This document shows, piece after piece, positions 16,901 to 25,764 of a stretch of 64,000 bases of DNA. Location: positions 22,325-86,324 of the IMG/VR virus record IMGVR_UViG_3300031823_000003. The stretch is one strand, 5' to 3'. Numbering within the stretch: position 1 is the first letter of the stretch; the number at the start of each line of letters is the position of its first letter. A program made the translations under genes and the position numbers. Source of the stretch: a virus. The notes beneath the pieces were generated by a model that worked only from the letters and a program-made list of their open reading frames with translations, did no database searches and was not told the DNA's origin.

Positions 16901-19626
16901 GTGCCGTTCGGAATCGCGTTGAGATAGTCGCTGATCGAGGTGGCGGCGCGAGTATAGTAACCGCCTGCGGCATCTGCACCGATCGCCGTATCACTTGCAT
17001 CTCCTGACGCAACTGCCGCCGTAGCCGCTGACTTCGCGGGGTTGGAATCCACCAGCGTAATAATGTCGTTCGGCGGTGAGGCAAAGGGGCCAAAGTTAAT
17101 ATCACCCTTGGAGTTTAGTGTTTTCCCGGCAGGCTGAAACAGATCAGTCCACTGATTGGCATTGGTTTTACCGAGACATGTCATTCTTGCGGGAGAGCGA
17201 AAAGGCGCAGTTCCGCCTTGGCTGCAAGTCGGAGCCACGAAAGATATACCCGTAGGCCCCAGCGTAGAAACTGTGCCTAGGGCAGTTGATCCGAAATCCG
17301 CCTGGATCGGAGTGTTTGCGTCGTTAACCAGATTAGCTGGCCAGAACCAAAAAGCGGTCTGAAAGGTAGTCGTGGATGGCACCGTATAAGAACTGGCGGA
17401 AGCCTGCGTATCGGTAAAACTGCAAATCCCCGCCGTATTACATGACCCGCTGATGCCGGTAGCGATGGCAAAGTTTCCCGTTCCAAACGGCGGCACAGCA
17501 GACGACCCGACTGTCACTAACACATCCCAGGTCAATGTTCCGATGGAGGTATGGGCCAACCCTTCTTGTAGATCAATCGAAGGCCACTGGAGAGGAATAC
17601 TCACAGCGCCACTGGTAGGCTGTGCAAAGCCAATGAACAGCGGTGGATTAGCGCCGTATACCGAACCATGCGGTACCACAAAATAATTGCGTTGGGTTGT
17701 GGGACTACCGCCACTCGCAAATGTTGGAACCGCGCCGGCAATGGGGAACGTTCCTACTATCTTGGAGCCGAACTGACCACCAGCTAGCAGCATACCCATC
17801 TGCGCGTTGGTGATGCCATACAGAGGGTTCGTTATACCGCCCTGAGCCTCATAGATATTGCTCATCGTGCCCGATACGAACGAGCCGAAATAGCGGATCC
17901 CGAATACCGGGTTAGCCTGGCAAACTGTGTTATCGATTGATACACCGTTACCGGCATTGCCGGAGTCATAGCAGTTGATATTGGTCAACTCGGTGTTGTG
18001 AATGTACATGATCCCGGCGTTTCCGGAATCGGTCCGGGAATAAAAGAAAGCTCCTATAGGCCAGTTCGCTGTGGTTTTAATGACCGCTGTAGAGCGGTTA
18101 GTAGCTCCTGTAATCTGAAGCTGCTGATCGTTGTCGTCCACAACGCCATAGCTGAATGCGCCTGTCGCTGCCGAGGGAAACAACTGGATCAAGTGGAGAT
18201 TGTCGATGATGACGTGGTCGGAAGCGTCTTCGATCGCGGCGTTTTCTATCCCGGTGAAGCCGAATGTGGTATCGCCCGCTGAGAATGTACTGCTGCCCAG
18301 CGAAACTGTATAACTGGTCGAGCTCGGCGTGGTGAGCACCGTGGCAATGAATTTAGAATCTGTCGTCTGGGAGTGGACTTCCACCGCAGCCTGATCGCCG
18401 ACTACAAAGGGGTGAGTGGTTGCCGTAGTGATTGTGATTGTGCCGCTGCTTGCCGATGCACTGGAAATCTGAGCGCCGTCTATGTTCAGTGTCGATCCCA
18501 TCGAGAGATTAAAGAGCTTGTGGTAGCCGATCCCAGTAGGAGGGCTGCCGACGTAGATGCACCGGTCACGGGTGGAGCAGGCAATGAATGCGCCTGCGCC
18601 GTCCAGCACGCCGCCGCGTCCACGCATGTATACAGTGGCATACACGCTGTAGGTTGTGCTGCTCATTAATTTGACGTAAGGCGAGGCTGAATTGCTGGCA
18701 TCGTGCGGAGTGTCCGAGGTCCATGCGTCGTTCCACGCTTCCTGGATACCGGAAGATGCGGAGCCGACCGTGTACCCGGCAGAGTGCGCGTTGACAGTGA
18801 CGCCTGTGATGGTTCCGCTGCCTACCCCAGCGGTACAAGTGCCGCCTGTGACTACAATCTGTTCCGGGGTGCCGGTGCCCGCGATCCGCACCGGGTAGAC
18901 GTAGTTATTGGCGGCGGAATTGGTATCGATGCCAAGCGGACAGGGGGCTAAATGGATCGTAACCGCTCCCGGAACAGTGAGATTGTCCGAAGGCGATTGC
19001 GACCAGTTCCATGACGGCGTGACGTTACGGACGAAATTCTGGTTGTTCATGGTGAACGGGGTGCTCTGACAGGGCGACCCCGAACAGGGCTGTATGATGT
19101 TTTGCGCGGCAACGGGGATTTTATTGACATCGCCGGTGCCGGCGGTCGCGCACACCCATGCGGAGCCATTCCATTGAAGGACTTGGGAGGCAGAGCAGGT
19201 GGTAATGAGACTGATGGGGACCGTGCCGCTGGTTCCGCCGCCAGTCAGACCTGTGCCGGCGGTGACGCCTGTGATAGTGCCGCCGCCGCTGGACCCGCCG
19301 CCTGTATTGCACACCCATGCGCCGTTGAGATATACGGCGATGACTTGAGAGGAGCCGACGGTGCAGGGATTGGAACTAAGAGAGCAATTGGAGCACAGGA
19401 CGGTGGTGCCGGGCTGGGGAAATGGAGTGGAAGTGATCTGGTCGAAGGTGAGCGGTCCGGTGTAAAGGCCGAGGGTGAAATCGTTGGGAGCGGTCCACAC
19501 ATTGGGCAGGTCTGTTGCACCGTAAGAATGCTGAACCTGAGTTTGCGCCGCAATCCCGATGAATAAAAATATTGTTGCCAGCCCCAAACGGACGAACCTG
19601 CCCATGCCCGTACTCATGCGTTTCAC
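13909..19626 (-). CDS. Very large fibre/spike-like protein with signal peptide (1905 aa)
   Basis: MGRFVRLGLATIFLFIGIAAQ signal-like N-terminus; ITGVTAGTGLTGGGTSG and CSASQVLQWNGSAWVC fibre motifs; beta-helix-like regions; many Cys. Confidence 0.75.
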   Translation of the reverse strand: MKRMSTGMGRFVRLGLATIFLFIGIAAQTQVQHSYGATDLPNVWTAPNDFTLGLYTGPLTFDQITSTPFPQPGTTVLCSNCSLSSNPCTVGSSQVIAVYLNGAWVCNTGGGSSGGGTITGVTAGTGLTGGGTSGTVPISLITTCSASQVLQWNGSAWVCATAGTGDVNKIPVAAQNIIQPCSGSPCQSTPFTMNNQNFVRNVTPSWNWSQSPSDNLTVPGAVTIHLAPCPLGIDTNSAANNYVYPVRIAGTGTPEQIVVTGGTCTAGVGSGTITGVTVNAHSAGYTVGSASSGIQEAWNDAWTSDTPHDASNSASPYVKLMSSTTYSVYATVYMRGRGGVLDGAGAFIACSTRDRCIYVGSPPTGIGYHKLFNLSMGSTLNIDGAQISSASASSGTITITTATTHPFVVGDQAAVEVHSQTTDSKFIATVLTTPSSTSYTVSLGSSTFSAGDTTFGFTGIENAAIEDASDHVIIDNLHLIQLFPSAATGAFSYGVVDDNDQQLQITGATNRSTAVIKTTANWPIGAFFYSRTDSGNAGIMYIHNTELTNINCYDSGNAGNGVSIDNTVCQANPVFGIRYFGSFVSGTMSNIYEAQGGITNPLYGITNAQMGMLLAGGQFGSKIVGTFPIAGAVPTFASGGSPTTQRNYFVVPHGSVYGANPPLFIGFAQPTSGAVSIPLQWPSIDLQEGLAHTSIGTLTWDVLVTVGSSAVPPFGTGNFAIATGISGSCNTAGICSFTDTQASASSYTVPSTTTFQTAFWFWPANLVNDANTPIQADFGSTALGTVSTLGPTGISFVAPTCSQGGTAPFRSPARMTCLGKTNANQWTDLFQPAGKTLNSKGDINFGPFASPPNDIITLVDSNPAKSAATAAVASGDASDTAIGADAAGGYYTRAATSISDYLNAIPNGTNWTRQLNASGETLTVPETNTTLTQGKPIGGGVGGLKTQIPEFHSVLFPGFTVDSMQALCNITPTLPCNVHIDAPLSSTPVTATNVVIGSTTQSVTMYLHGANIQCNTTAGACFSIGQNGNLVGYSPGNLSSGTLITTTIGFTGTAVITNSVTTGLQTSFNMSGLQIAPTNTSVITCGIVCINAVEGNTDIRNVNIQGIANTINWTFEDATSGSVADNNNVRLDNSKSYSGGKVNSIDYAVFGGAGGSGDGYVFTNLNGGDGCMGVFDGVTMCGVTMTEKVTTVNCGTNCNQVTLNGGSTFNFNTAHTGELFWVNGVAATICGPSYLGCSSLAVDPTSTVLYVTTVAGWPITTTGSAHWGCVGGNGCFIDLNGAAGRGSTLNNIHIDNSYIEGNAAQQPGSEYMAVQNVRNLEAPNLAWNVGPAVADCIGLYHTVANNQGRMHVAGRINGGHHCTEVFNNNITGNIYFLDSASQWDFDVTYAGDQSGPGTVFDSNITTSGVLGWTNGSGVNDVGISRESAGTLDIGNGAQGNTSGNVKMGALTVTSCSGCAIIGIGSSAFNVTIATTNTGTTATSMLGGAQTIPAGNLVATSPLNIDIGGIYTLPASYTGTVTIAAFVDGAQIATTGAFSVPSTAVTNGSWSVQCQLTTYTAGVSGTYAFGCPVQLLPTNTTTITLNGGSLAVSGTTAINTTIAHTFDLKWTWSTATGAPSVTGQWGTALVGGSGVNTFTDTLTNSPLNALPAASVAGNSVEATVSNNRVISQNGTLNGMYYMPGSQALRYHRWTTYAGGAATSSVLLNNDALAITCSTSSAIVPTSTASQMLACLTTVTNGNVSNVNGSAVYIPGAVNIWFNAYAAVGTLATTRWWLGFTNTTTANIGGTDTCSTFHCAAFTYSSTSAVSSTDFLCTTNAGGTGTQTQVDSGVAVVAGTPHVFDIREDTANSKWYFYIDGVSKCSSPITTTLPTATLRAGEFITNNGSASVAAQADFGWIETWTDH

Positions 19627-19687
19627 CTCGAACGGTGTCTATTACGAAATTGTACCCGACGAGTCCAGAACTATCAGTGCCGGGAGT

Positions 19688-22495
19688 TCAGTGCTGTGTC
19701 TGTGTGGTTTGCAGGAACGCGGCGTTCAGTGTGGACAGATTGACGCCATAGTCGGTGCCATCGGACGCCGAGTTGTGATAGACACTGGTGGGAACCAGAC
19801 CATAATTACCGATGCTGGCGTCATTTGGGTCAAATGCCGCGCCGTTCATCATCCCTATCATGCCGATACACGCTGAGGTTGCGGTCGATCCGGGGCATAC
19901 CGTGGCAGCGGGAAATGTCAGGGTGCACGTTGCGGAGCCGCAATTGTTCCCGGCGTTGACGCCGCCGACCTCCATATATTTTGCCGAACATCGACCGGGA
20001 AACGGGTTGTAGGTCACAGTCGAGTTCGTGGTATCGACTTCATTTTCTGAACATCCTATTGCTGATGCTCCGGATGCACAGCCCTCGACGTTGCCATCGC
20101 CTTGTGCAACCCAGCCAGTCCAGCCTGTGCCGGGAGTAGCTGGGCACGACGGCGCGGAACTGAGGTCGAACGCAAATAGGTTGTTCTGCCAAGTTGCGTT
20201 TTGCAGGAATTGATTCGCCGGACATGTGCCCATCTGCTCGACAGTGCCGAATCCGGATGCAGACTCGGTTGCACCAGTTTGCAGCCAAGTGATGTTGCCG
20301 CCGGATTGACCCGCGTAATAGAACGTCCCGTTGAGATCAGATGGCGTCATGCCACTGACTTCGACAATGATCTCGGTAGTGCCAGCGGCGACAGGCCACC
20401 CGGTAAGACTGGGAATAGTTGCGGTGACGATGCCACCAGAGCGCGATAATACTGTCGGTGTTTGAGCGTGCGTCGGGCCGGGGCAGTTAGTACCCGTGTC
20501 GCTCCAGATCGTGGTCGCGGTGCCAAAGAACATGCGGCCATTATTCTTGGCTGCGTCCGTAGTCTGCATGACGAGTGTATTGTGGGTGAATTGTAGGTAA
20601 GCGGGGACGCCTTCCATATTTTGCACAACGCAGCCTGTCGCACTGGATGAGCTGGCGGACGGTTGAGAATAGACGACGGTCAGTCCATACGGGTTAGTGC
20701 CGGAGAGAGCGATAGCGCCACGGGACGTAGAGAGAGTGAAATTGTTACCTGTTCCTGTTGGCGAATTCCAAGTTGAGTCCGAGCATCCGGTCACGAGCAC
20801 CGGATCACCGGGGAATATCTGGGTTTCTTGTAGACCCGCACCGCCGTTACCGCATACAAGTGAGACTGTCCCACTGGTCTGTGTACCGTTGCAAATGAAT
20901 GCCTGCCCGAACCCAGTGACCTGCATCCCGGACGGAAATGCCACTATGCCGGATGCGTCGTACACGCTGGAGTTGCCGAGATCGTAAAGGAGATTGTTCG
21001 TGATATTGATGCGGCGTGATGCCCCGGCAGTGCCGCCGCCGTTGCCGATGGTGTAGTTGGAGCGGCCAATCATGGATAGTCCCGTGAGCGCGTGGCGGCA
21101 GAGATTGTTGCGGTAGGTAATGTCGGTGATGGTGGCGGTGTAGTTATCGCATGGACTGGTGTTCGAGCAATTCCGGGGATTGGCGGTAAAGCACTGCCCT
21201 TGCTGCGCGCCGGAAGTGTCCGAGTATTCGACGATATTAGTGTCGTACAGCACACGCTGTGCGGTCTTGAGTTCAGTGCGGTTCTTGAGATCGAGAGAGG
21301 TAGCGCCTGTGTATGCCGTGCCGACCCATGACGGAGGCTGCGTGAAGCGATTGTGCCAGAGATCGAGATCGTAAGCGTAATAGTTGGAGTCCTGGCTGGA
21401 TACGCCGCCGACAAAGAACCCGCTGGATGCCCCGGAGATCCATGAATTACCAAGGAAAAATGGTCCGGGAGTCTCGGCGATGGCGACGGCATGGCCTTCG
21501 TTGGCCGCGCGAATGTCGTAGTCGATATAGGTGTCGGTGATCCCGCAGCGGCGGCAGTTGGCCATATGCATGAAGGTTGAGATTTGGTTAGTGCCGGGGC
21601 CGCCACTGTTCGATGAGGTGACGCATGAGCCTGTGCCTGTAGCTGTGGTACACCAGTCCTTGGCATCGCCGTGGCCGTAGATGCCGACGAACCAGATGTC
21701 CGAGGCGGTCTGGGATACGAGAGTGTGCGGCGTGCCGTAGGCGTCTACATCGGTGTTGATGACATTGCCCGCGAGGGTGACGGTGGTCTTGGGCCGGAAC
21801 TCAAAGTACATAAAGGCGTAATGTGACGGTCCGATATTGGTGGTTGCGTCCCATGTGCCGGATTGGATCAGTAGTCCCTGATTACCGGGAGTCCAGTTGC
21901 CCTCGAATGTAGGCATGGAGCCAATGTCGTTGGAGCAGCCATTATTACCGGATGACCACCATGTAGAGATGTCGCCTGATGGCGGCTGACGAGTGGCAGT
22001 GGCGTCGGTGATCCCGTGCGAGCAGACGGTCTGGCCGAGAGTGAGCGGAGTGTCGGACTCGAATACGATAAATTTAGCGGGGGCTGATCCACTGACTATC
22101 TTAGTTACCAGTGTCAGATTGACAAACGGTCCTTCTCCCTGAGAGCACGTGTATCCCGGCGTCTGCATGGAGATTAGCGTTCCGTGCGTCACTTGGATCA
22201 GCCACCACTGGTCGGCGGCGGCCACCCAGTCACAGATATCTTGTTGCAGGTTGGCAAATGTTGTGGCCGTGCGCGTGACATCGAATACGCCGCCGGGAGG
22301 AAATATTTCGGCAGGTTCGCCGAGCGATGTGAGCGGGATGAATTGTGGGAGGGCGGCAGTGGTCAAGTTGGCATTGCTGAGCCGGATGTTATTGCTGATC
22401 CGGGTGCCGGGAGTAACGCGCTCTTGAGCGCTCAGCGATACGTGCAGCAAGACGACAACCAGAGCCATCGCTACCGACTTGGCCACCATCTTCAT
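19688..22495 (-). CDS. Secreted right-handed beta-helix (pectin-lyase-like) protein, possible depolymerase or adhesin
   Basis: Signal MKMVAKSVAMALVVVLLHVSLSA; KNRTELKTAQRVLYDTNIVE, DITYRNN, RINITNNL beta-helix rungs. Confidence 0.7.
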   Translation of the reverse strand: MKMVAKSVAMALVVVLLHVSLSAQERVTPGTRISNNIRLSNANLTTAALPQFIPLTSLGEPAEIFPPGGVFDVTRTATTFANLQQDICDWVAAADQWWLIQVTHGTLISMQTPGYTCSQGEGPFVNLTLVTKIVSGSAPAKFIVFESDTPLTLGQTVCSHGITDATATRQPPSGDISTWWSSGNNGCSNDIGSMPTFEGNWTPGNQGLLIQSGTWDATTNIGPSHYAFMYFEFRPKTTVTLAGNVINTDVDAYGTPHTLVSQTASDIWFVGIYGHGDAKDWCTTATGTGSCVTSSNSGGPGTNQISTFMHMANCRRCGITDTYIDYDIRAANEGHAVAIAETPGPFFLGNSWISGASSGFFVGGVSSQDSNYYAYDLDLWHNRFTQPPSWVGTAYTGATSLDLKNRTELKTAQRVLYDTNIVEYSDTSGAQQGQCFTANPRNCSNTSPCDNYTATITDITYRNNLCRHALTGLSMIGRSNYTIGNGGGTAGASRRINITNNLLYDLGNSSVYDASGIVAFPSGMQVTGFGQAFICNGTQTSGTVSLVCGNGGAGLQETQIFPGDPVLVTGCSDSTWNSPTGTGNNFTLSTSRGAIALSGTNPYGLTVVYSQPSASSSSATGCVVQNMEGVPAYLQFTHNTLVMQTTDAAKNNGRMFFGTATTIWSDTGTNCPGPTHAQTPTVLSRSGGIVTATIPSLTGWPVAAGTTEIIVEVSGMTPSDLNGTFYYAGQSGGNITWLQTGATESASGFGTVEQMGTCPANQFLQNATWQNNLFAFDLSSAPSCPATPGTGWTGWVAQGDGNVEGCASGASAIGCSENEVDTTNSTVTYNPFPGRCSAKYMEVGGVNAGNNCGSATCTLTFPAATVCPGSTATSACIGMIGMMNGAAFDPNDASIGNYGLVPTSVYHNSASDGTDYGVNLSTLNAAFLQTTQTQH

Positions 22496-24399
22496 CGCAT
22501 ACTCGTTCCCGGCGTGACCCGTGTCCCCGGTGTAAATCTAGTTGCCCCGACTACCGTTCCCGGCGGTGGAATCGGAGCCTGACTCGTATTCAGCATCCCG
22601 TCTGTGTTTGACGCCAGCGTTCCTGTACCCGCGCATAAATCCGAGGCGTTCAGGTCACGGTTGTTGAGACGGCCCAGATTGAATACCTTCTCAATGCACT
22701 TCATGATTGAAGTGAATTCGTAGGGATTGCCGGATGTGGGACCGTGAACGACAGTGTTCTTGGCGAACGGGCCGATCGAGAGGATCGGGGAACGCATGCC
22801 AAGACTGAGTGCATCCTGAGAGACAGGTGCAACGTGATCCGGCTGCCCGCCGAAATCGTCCCATACGATGAATATTTGGCTGTGGTAATAGAGATATTTG
22901 TTGGCGAACACTGCGGCGAGCTTGGACTGCACCCACCCCTGTCCCGCTTGTAGATCGGCGAGCGGAGTAGCAAATCCGGTGCTCGCGTGCTCCGTGTTAG
23001 CTTCGACATTCGCGGTCAGGAATGCAATCTGTGGGAATGTGCTGCTGGCAGTGTTATCGACACATTGATTGCCTTGGCTCAGAGTGACACAATCCGAATC
23101 CAGACTACATGCCGCATGCGGAGTGTTTACACATTGCCCCGTGAGCGCGGCGGCATCGGTATTGAACACAGCGTCGGAAACGTTATAGACAGTCGAATAA
23201 TTGGACCGGAAGAATAATTGTGGCACAAACGTGGACGCCGCGAGCGAGGCATAGTTGCCGTACCATTTCCACGGATGCGGTAGTCCGGCGGTCTCGGCGA
23301 GTTCCGCGATGGTGGTCACGTTAGGACACGCTGCGCCGGGAGTGTTGCCGATAGAGGCTGAAAGTTTACATGTGCCCGAACTGCATGCGGTTGCTGAGAT
23401 ACCGTCATTCGTGCATGACCCGCTGACTACCGTGCTTCCGTCGGTGTAGGACGTGCAATTCGCTGATCCCGCACCGTTGATGTATTTACCAGATTGGCAG
23501 AAACATTTGCAGGCGGTTGTGGCACTGGCTGAACATGATCCCGCTGAGTACCCGGTGCCCGCCGCGAGGCCGTCTCCGGATGGGCCGCAATTTGGGTCGC
23601 CGGACGCGCACACGTTATAGAACTTTGTGCCGTTGTAGATTTCGCCTGGCCCTGTGTATGGAGAACTGGGAGGGGTGCCGGTGCCGCCATTGCCGCATCC
23701 CCATCCGATACTGGGATTGTCGCTGGCCTCGTTGCTGGTCGCGGCGATAATCATCAGGTGATTCGGGTAGGTTGGTCCGGTGAGAGACGAGAAAAACTGA
23801 TCGTTGATACCGTAAGTATTGGCCAGTGACCAGTAGTAGTTGAGGGCGCTGGAGTCGGCGTAATAGTACGAACTGCTGAGACAAGGACCATTCGCGCCCG
23901 AGCTACAATTTGTACCGCCACTTTGAGTGCAGGCTGCGCCGCCAACTGCACAGGTGCCGCCGGCGTTCCAGCCGTTCATCGCCCCGGCGTGGATTGCAGT
24001 CAGAGAGTTAGCGCGGGAGTGGAGCCATGCCGAGTCCGGGAGATTGCCCTGCTGTCCTTGAGGGTTGGTGACAGTCACGAGTTGCTTGTCAATATAGTTC
24101 GTGGTGGACTGAACGCCGATCGTGACATTGCTGCATGTGCCGCCGCCTGTGCATGGAGTGTTGTTGCCGACCGTGCACGAGATTCCTTGCAGAGCATGGT
24201 TGAGGACGCACTGACCGCTGACTCCGGGGAAGGAGCCGAAGTAGTTATCGAAGGTGCGGTTCTCTTGGATGATATACACTACATGATTGACGCAGGGAGG
24301 GCTGAGAGAGGCATTGTAAGGACAGGACTGCCCAGCGCATACTTCTGCTGAAATCATCAATATAGGAATCAGGGAGCGCCAAACAGTCCCGCATCTCAT
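22492..24399 (-). CDS. Phosphoesterase family protein (phospholipase C / acid phosphatase AcpA-type) with signal peptide and Cys-rich inserts
   Basis: HVVYIIQENRTFDNYFG, GPTYPNH, TEHA, WDDFGGQPDHVAP, GMRSP motifs. Confidence 0.9.
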   Translation of the reverse strand: MRCGTVWRSLIPILMISAEVCAGQSCPYNASLSPPCVNHVVYIIQENRTFDNYFGSFPGVSGQCVLNHALQGISCTVGNNTPCTGGGTCSNVTIGVQSTTNYIDKQLVTVTNPQGQQGNLPDSAWLHSRANSLTAIHAGAMNGWNAGGTCAVGGAACTQSGGTNCSSGANGPCLSSSYYYADSSALNYYWSLANTYGINDQFFSSLTGPTYPNHLMIIAATSNEASDNPSIGWGCGNGGTGTPPSSPYTGPGEIYNGTKFYNVCASGDPNCGPSGDGLAAGTGYSAGSCSASATTACKCFCQSGKYINGAGSANCTSYTDGSTVVSGSCTNDGISATACSSGTCKLSASIGNTPGAACPNVTTIAELAETAGLPHPWKWYGNYASLAASTFVPQLFFRSNYSTVYNVSDAVFNTDAAALTGQCVNTPHAACSLDSDCVTLSQGNQCVDNTASSTFPQIAFLTANVEANTEHASTGFATPLADLQAGQGWVQSKLAAVFANKYLYYHSQIFIVWDDFGGQPDHVAPVSQDALSLGMRSPILSIGPFAKNTVVHGPTSGNPYEFTSIMKCIEKVFNLGRLNNRDLNASDLCAGTGTLASNTDGMLNTSQAPIPPPGTVVGATRFTPGTRVTPGTSMR

Positions 24400-24402
24400 T
24401 TG

Positions 24403-24669
24403 CTAGATACTGTCCTTGTCACACGGGATTAGATCGACATATACGAACTCCCCCGGTTTCAGCTTATTAAATGCGGCTGGATTACTAACCGTCATCGTCA
24501 AGCTGGCAGATGGCGTCCATTTGGACCATTGTGCGTTGGCCGAACCCTCTTTGTTGCTGTAAACGGCGCTCAACGCAAGCTCCTGCTGATATGGCTCTCC
24601 TTCGTTGCCGTGAACGGTATTGACACTGTTGACCAAGCACTTCAACCGGAGCACAGCTCCCTCACTCAT
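24403..24669 (-). CDS. Small phage hypothetical protein
   Basis: 88 aa; WSKWTPSASLTMTVSNPAA..GEFVYVDL resembles a recurrent phage small-protein type. Confidence 0.7.
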   Translation of the reverse strand: MSEGAVLRLKCLVNSVNTVHGNEGEPYQQELALSAVYSNKEGSANAQWSKWTPSASLTMTVSNPAAFNKLKPGEFVYVDLIPCDKDSI

Positions 24670-25045
24670 CTACTTTCTCCTTTCGTACACTCTTCCAAAA
24701 TTTCCACCACGGACGCCTCTGCACCCTGCTATCATCGCCCGCTTCTTTGTCCGAATCCGGGTAATCATACGTATTCGGCTGCCCCACGAAGAACACATCC
24801 AATATTCGCCCTGTCTGCTCATCTAATCGAGCACATGCCTCAATCGGATCGCACTGCATCTTGCCCGGAATGACTTTGCCATCTGTATCATGGATCGCGT
24901 GACAGAAATTCGCTCGTCCCGGCACGGTTCCGGTAGCACAGTGACGCGCCGCGAGCACAGGCCGATGCGGGCGCACACATCCGCCGGATGTGAGCACGAT
25001 CGCCATCAACGGGAACAGTAATTTTACTAGTCTCACCGATTTCAT
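24662..25045 (-). CDS. Putative lipoprotein
   Basis: Start MKSVRLVKLLFPLMAIVLTSGG-C (lipobox-like) at 25045, ATGA-coupled to the upstream gene. Confidence 0.55.
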   Translation of the reverse strand: MKSVRLVKLLFPLMAIVLTSGGCVRPHRPVLAARHCATGTVPGRANFCHAIHDTDGKVIPGKMQCDPIEACARLDEQTGRILDVFFVGQPNTYDYPDSDKEAGDDSRVQRRPWWKFWKSVRKEKVDE

Positions 25046-25761
25046 TGCACCGTAGGTATCGCCGTGCCTGCCGTTGCCGCAGAGGTCTCTTTGATCGCAA
25101 TCGCACCCAGTGCAGCATGCCCCGAACTGGCCATCGTCCACGTAGGAGCCGTTCCCGATGTGGTATTCAGGCTCCACGCAAAACACATACGGTTCGCACC
25201 GCAGGTCTCGATAGTATATGGAGCATTGATCGAGATACTGGTCTGCCCGGTGCTGGACTGGGCGGTCTGAAGGATTACGTCGTTTGATCCGGACAGGGTT
25301 AATGTCACCCCGGCAGGAGTAGTTGTGTTCGTGGACTGATCGCGGTTGCCGACTACATCCAATACAAACGGCGTGGCAGTGGATGATAGTTCCAGTACTT
25401 CGCAGCGCCATGTGCCTGTCGTAGTGGATGTACGAGTCACCGTGATTGTAGTAACGCCGGAAGTGGAACTGAGATTGTACGCGCAGCTTGTACTGGACGT
25501 AGTACTGTCTGCACCTTCGCAGCCTCCCGGGACCGTGTATGTTCCAGCGCCAGACACGCTGGTGATAAAGTCCGCGTTGCTGATCGACATGCCGATCAGG
25601 ATCAGGTGCCCGGTTCCGGTCGAGGCGACTGTGACGTTACAGGTAGCGGACGATACATTGCAGGCGCTGGAGAACACGTGCTGCACGAGGGTGAATGTCG
25701 CCCATGCAGGAGATGACAATGACAGCAGAATGGAAGCGATTCCGGGTAATAGGCGTTTCAT
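25042..25761 (-). CDS. Secreted Ser/Thr-rich beta-sandwich protein
   Basis: Signal MKRLLPGIASILLSLSSPAWA, then TFTLVQH; paired Cys. Confidence 0.75.
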   Translation of the reverse strand: MKRLLPGIASILLSLSSPAWATFTLVQHVFSSACNVSSATCNVTVASTGTGHLILIGMSISNADFITSVSGAGTYTVPGGCEGADSTTSSTSCAYNLSSTSGVTTITVTRTSTTTGTWRCEVLELSSTATPFVLDVVGNRDQSTNTTTPAGVTLTLSGSNDVILQTAQSSTGQTSISINAPYTIETCGANRMCFAWSLNTTSGTAPTWTMASSGHAALGAIAIKETSAATAGTAIPTVQ

Positions 25762-25764
25762 CGG

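Noticed and set aside
24662-25411. 249-aa ORF as listed in the track
   Set aside because: The 5' half overlaps the 239-aa secreted gene in another frame; the real start is more likely MKSV at 25045.
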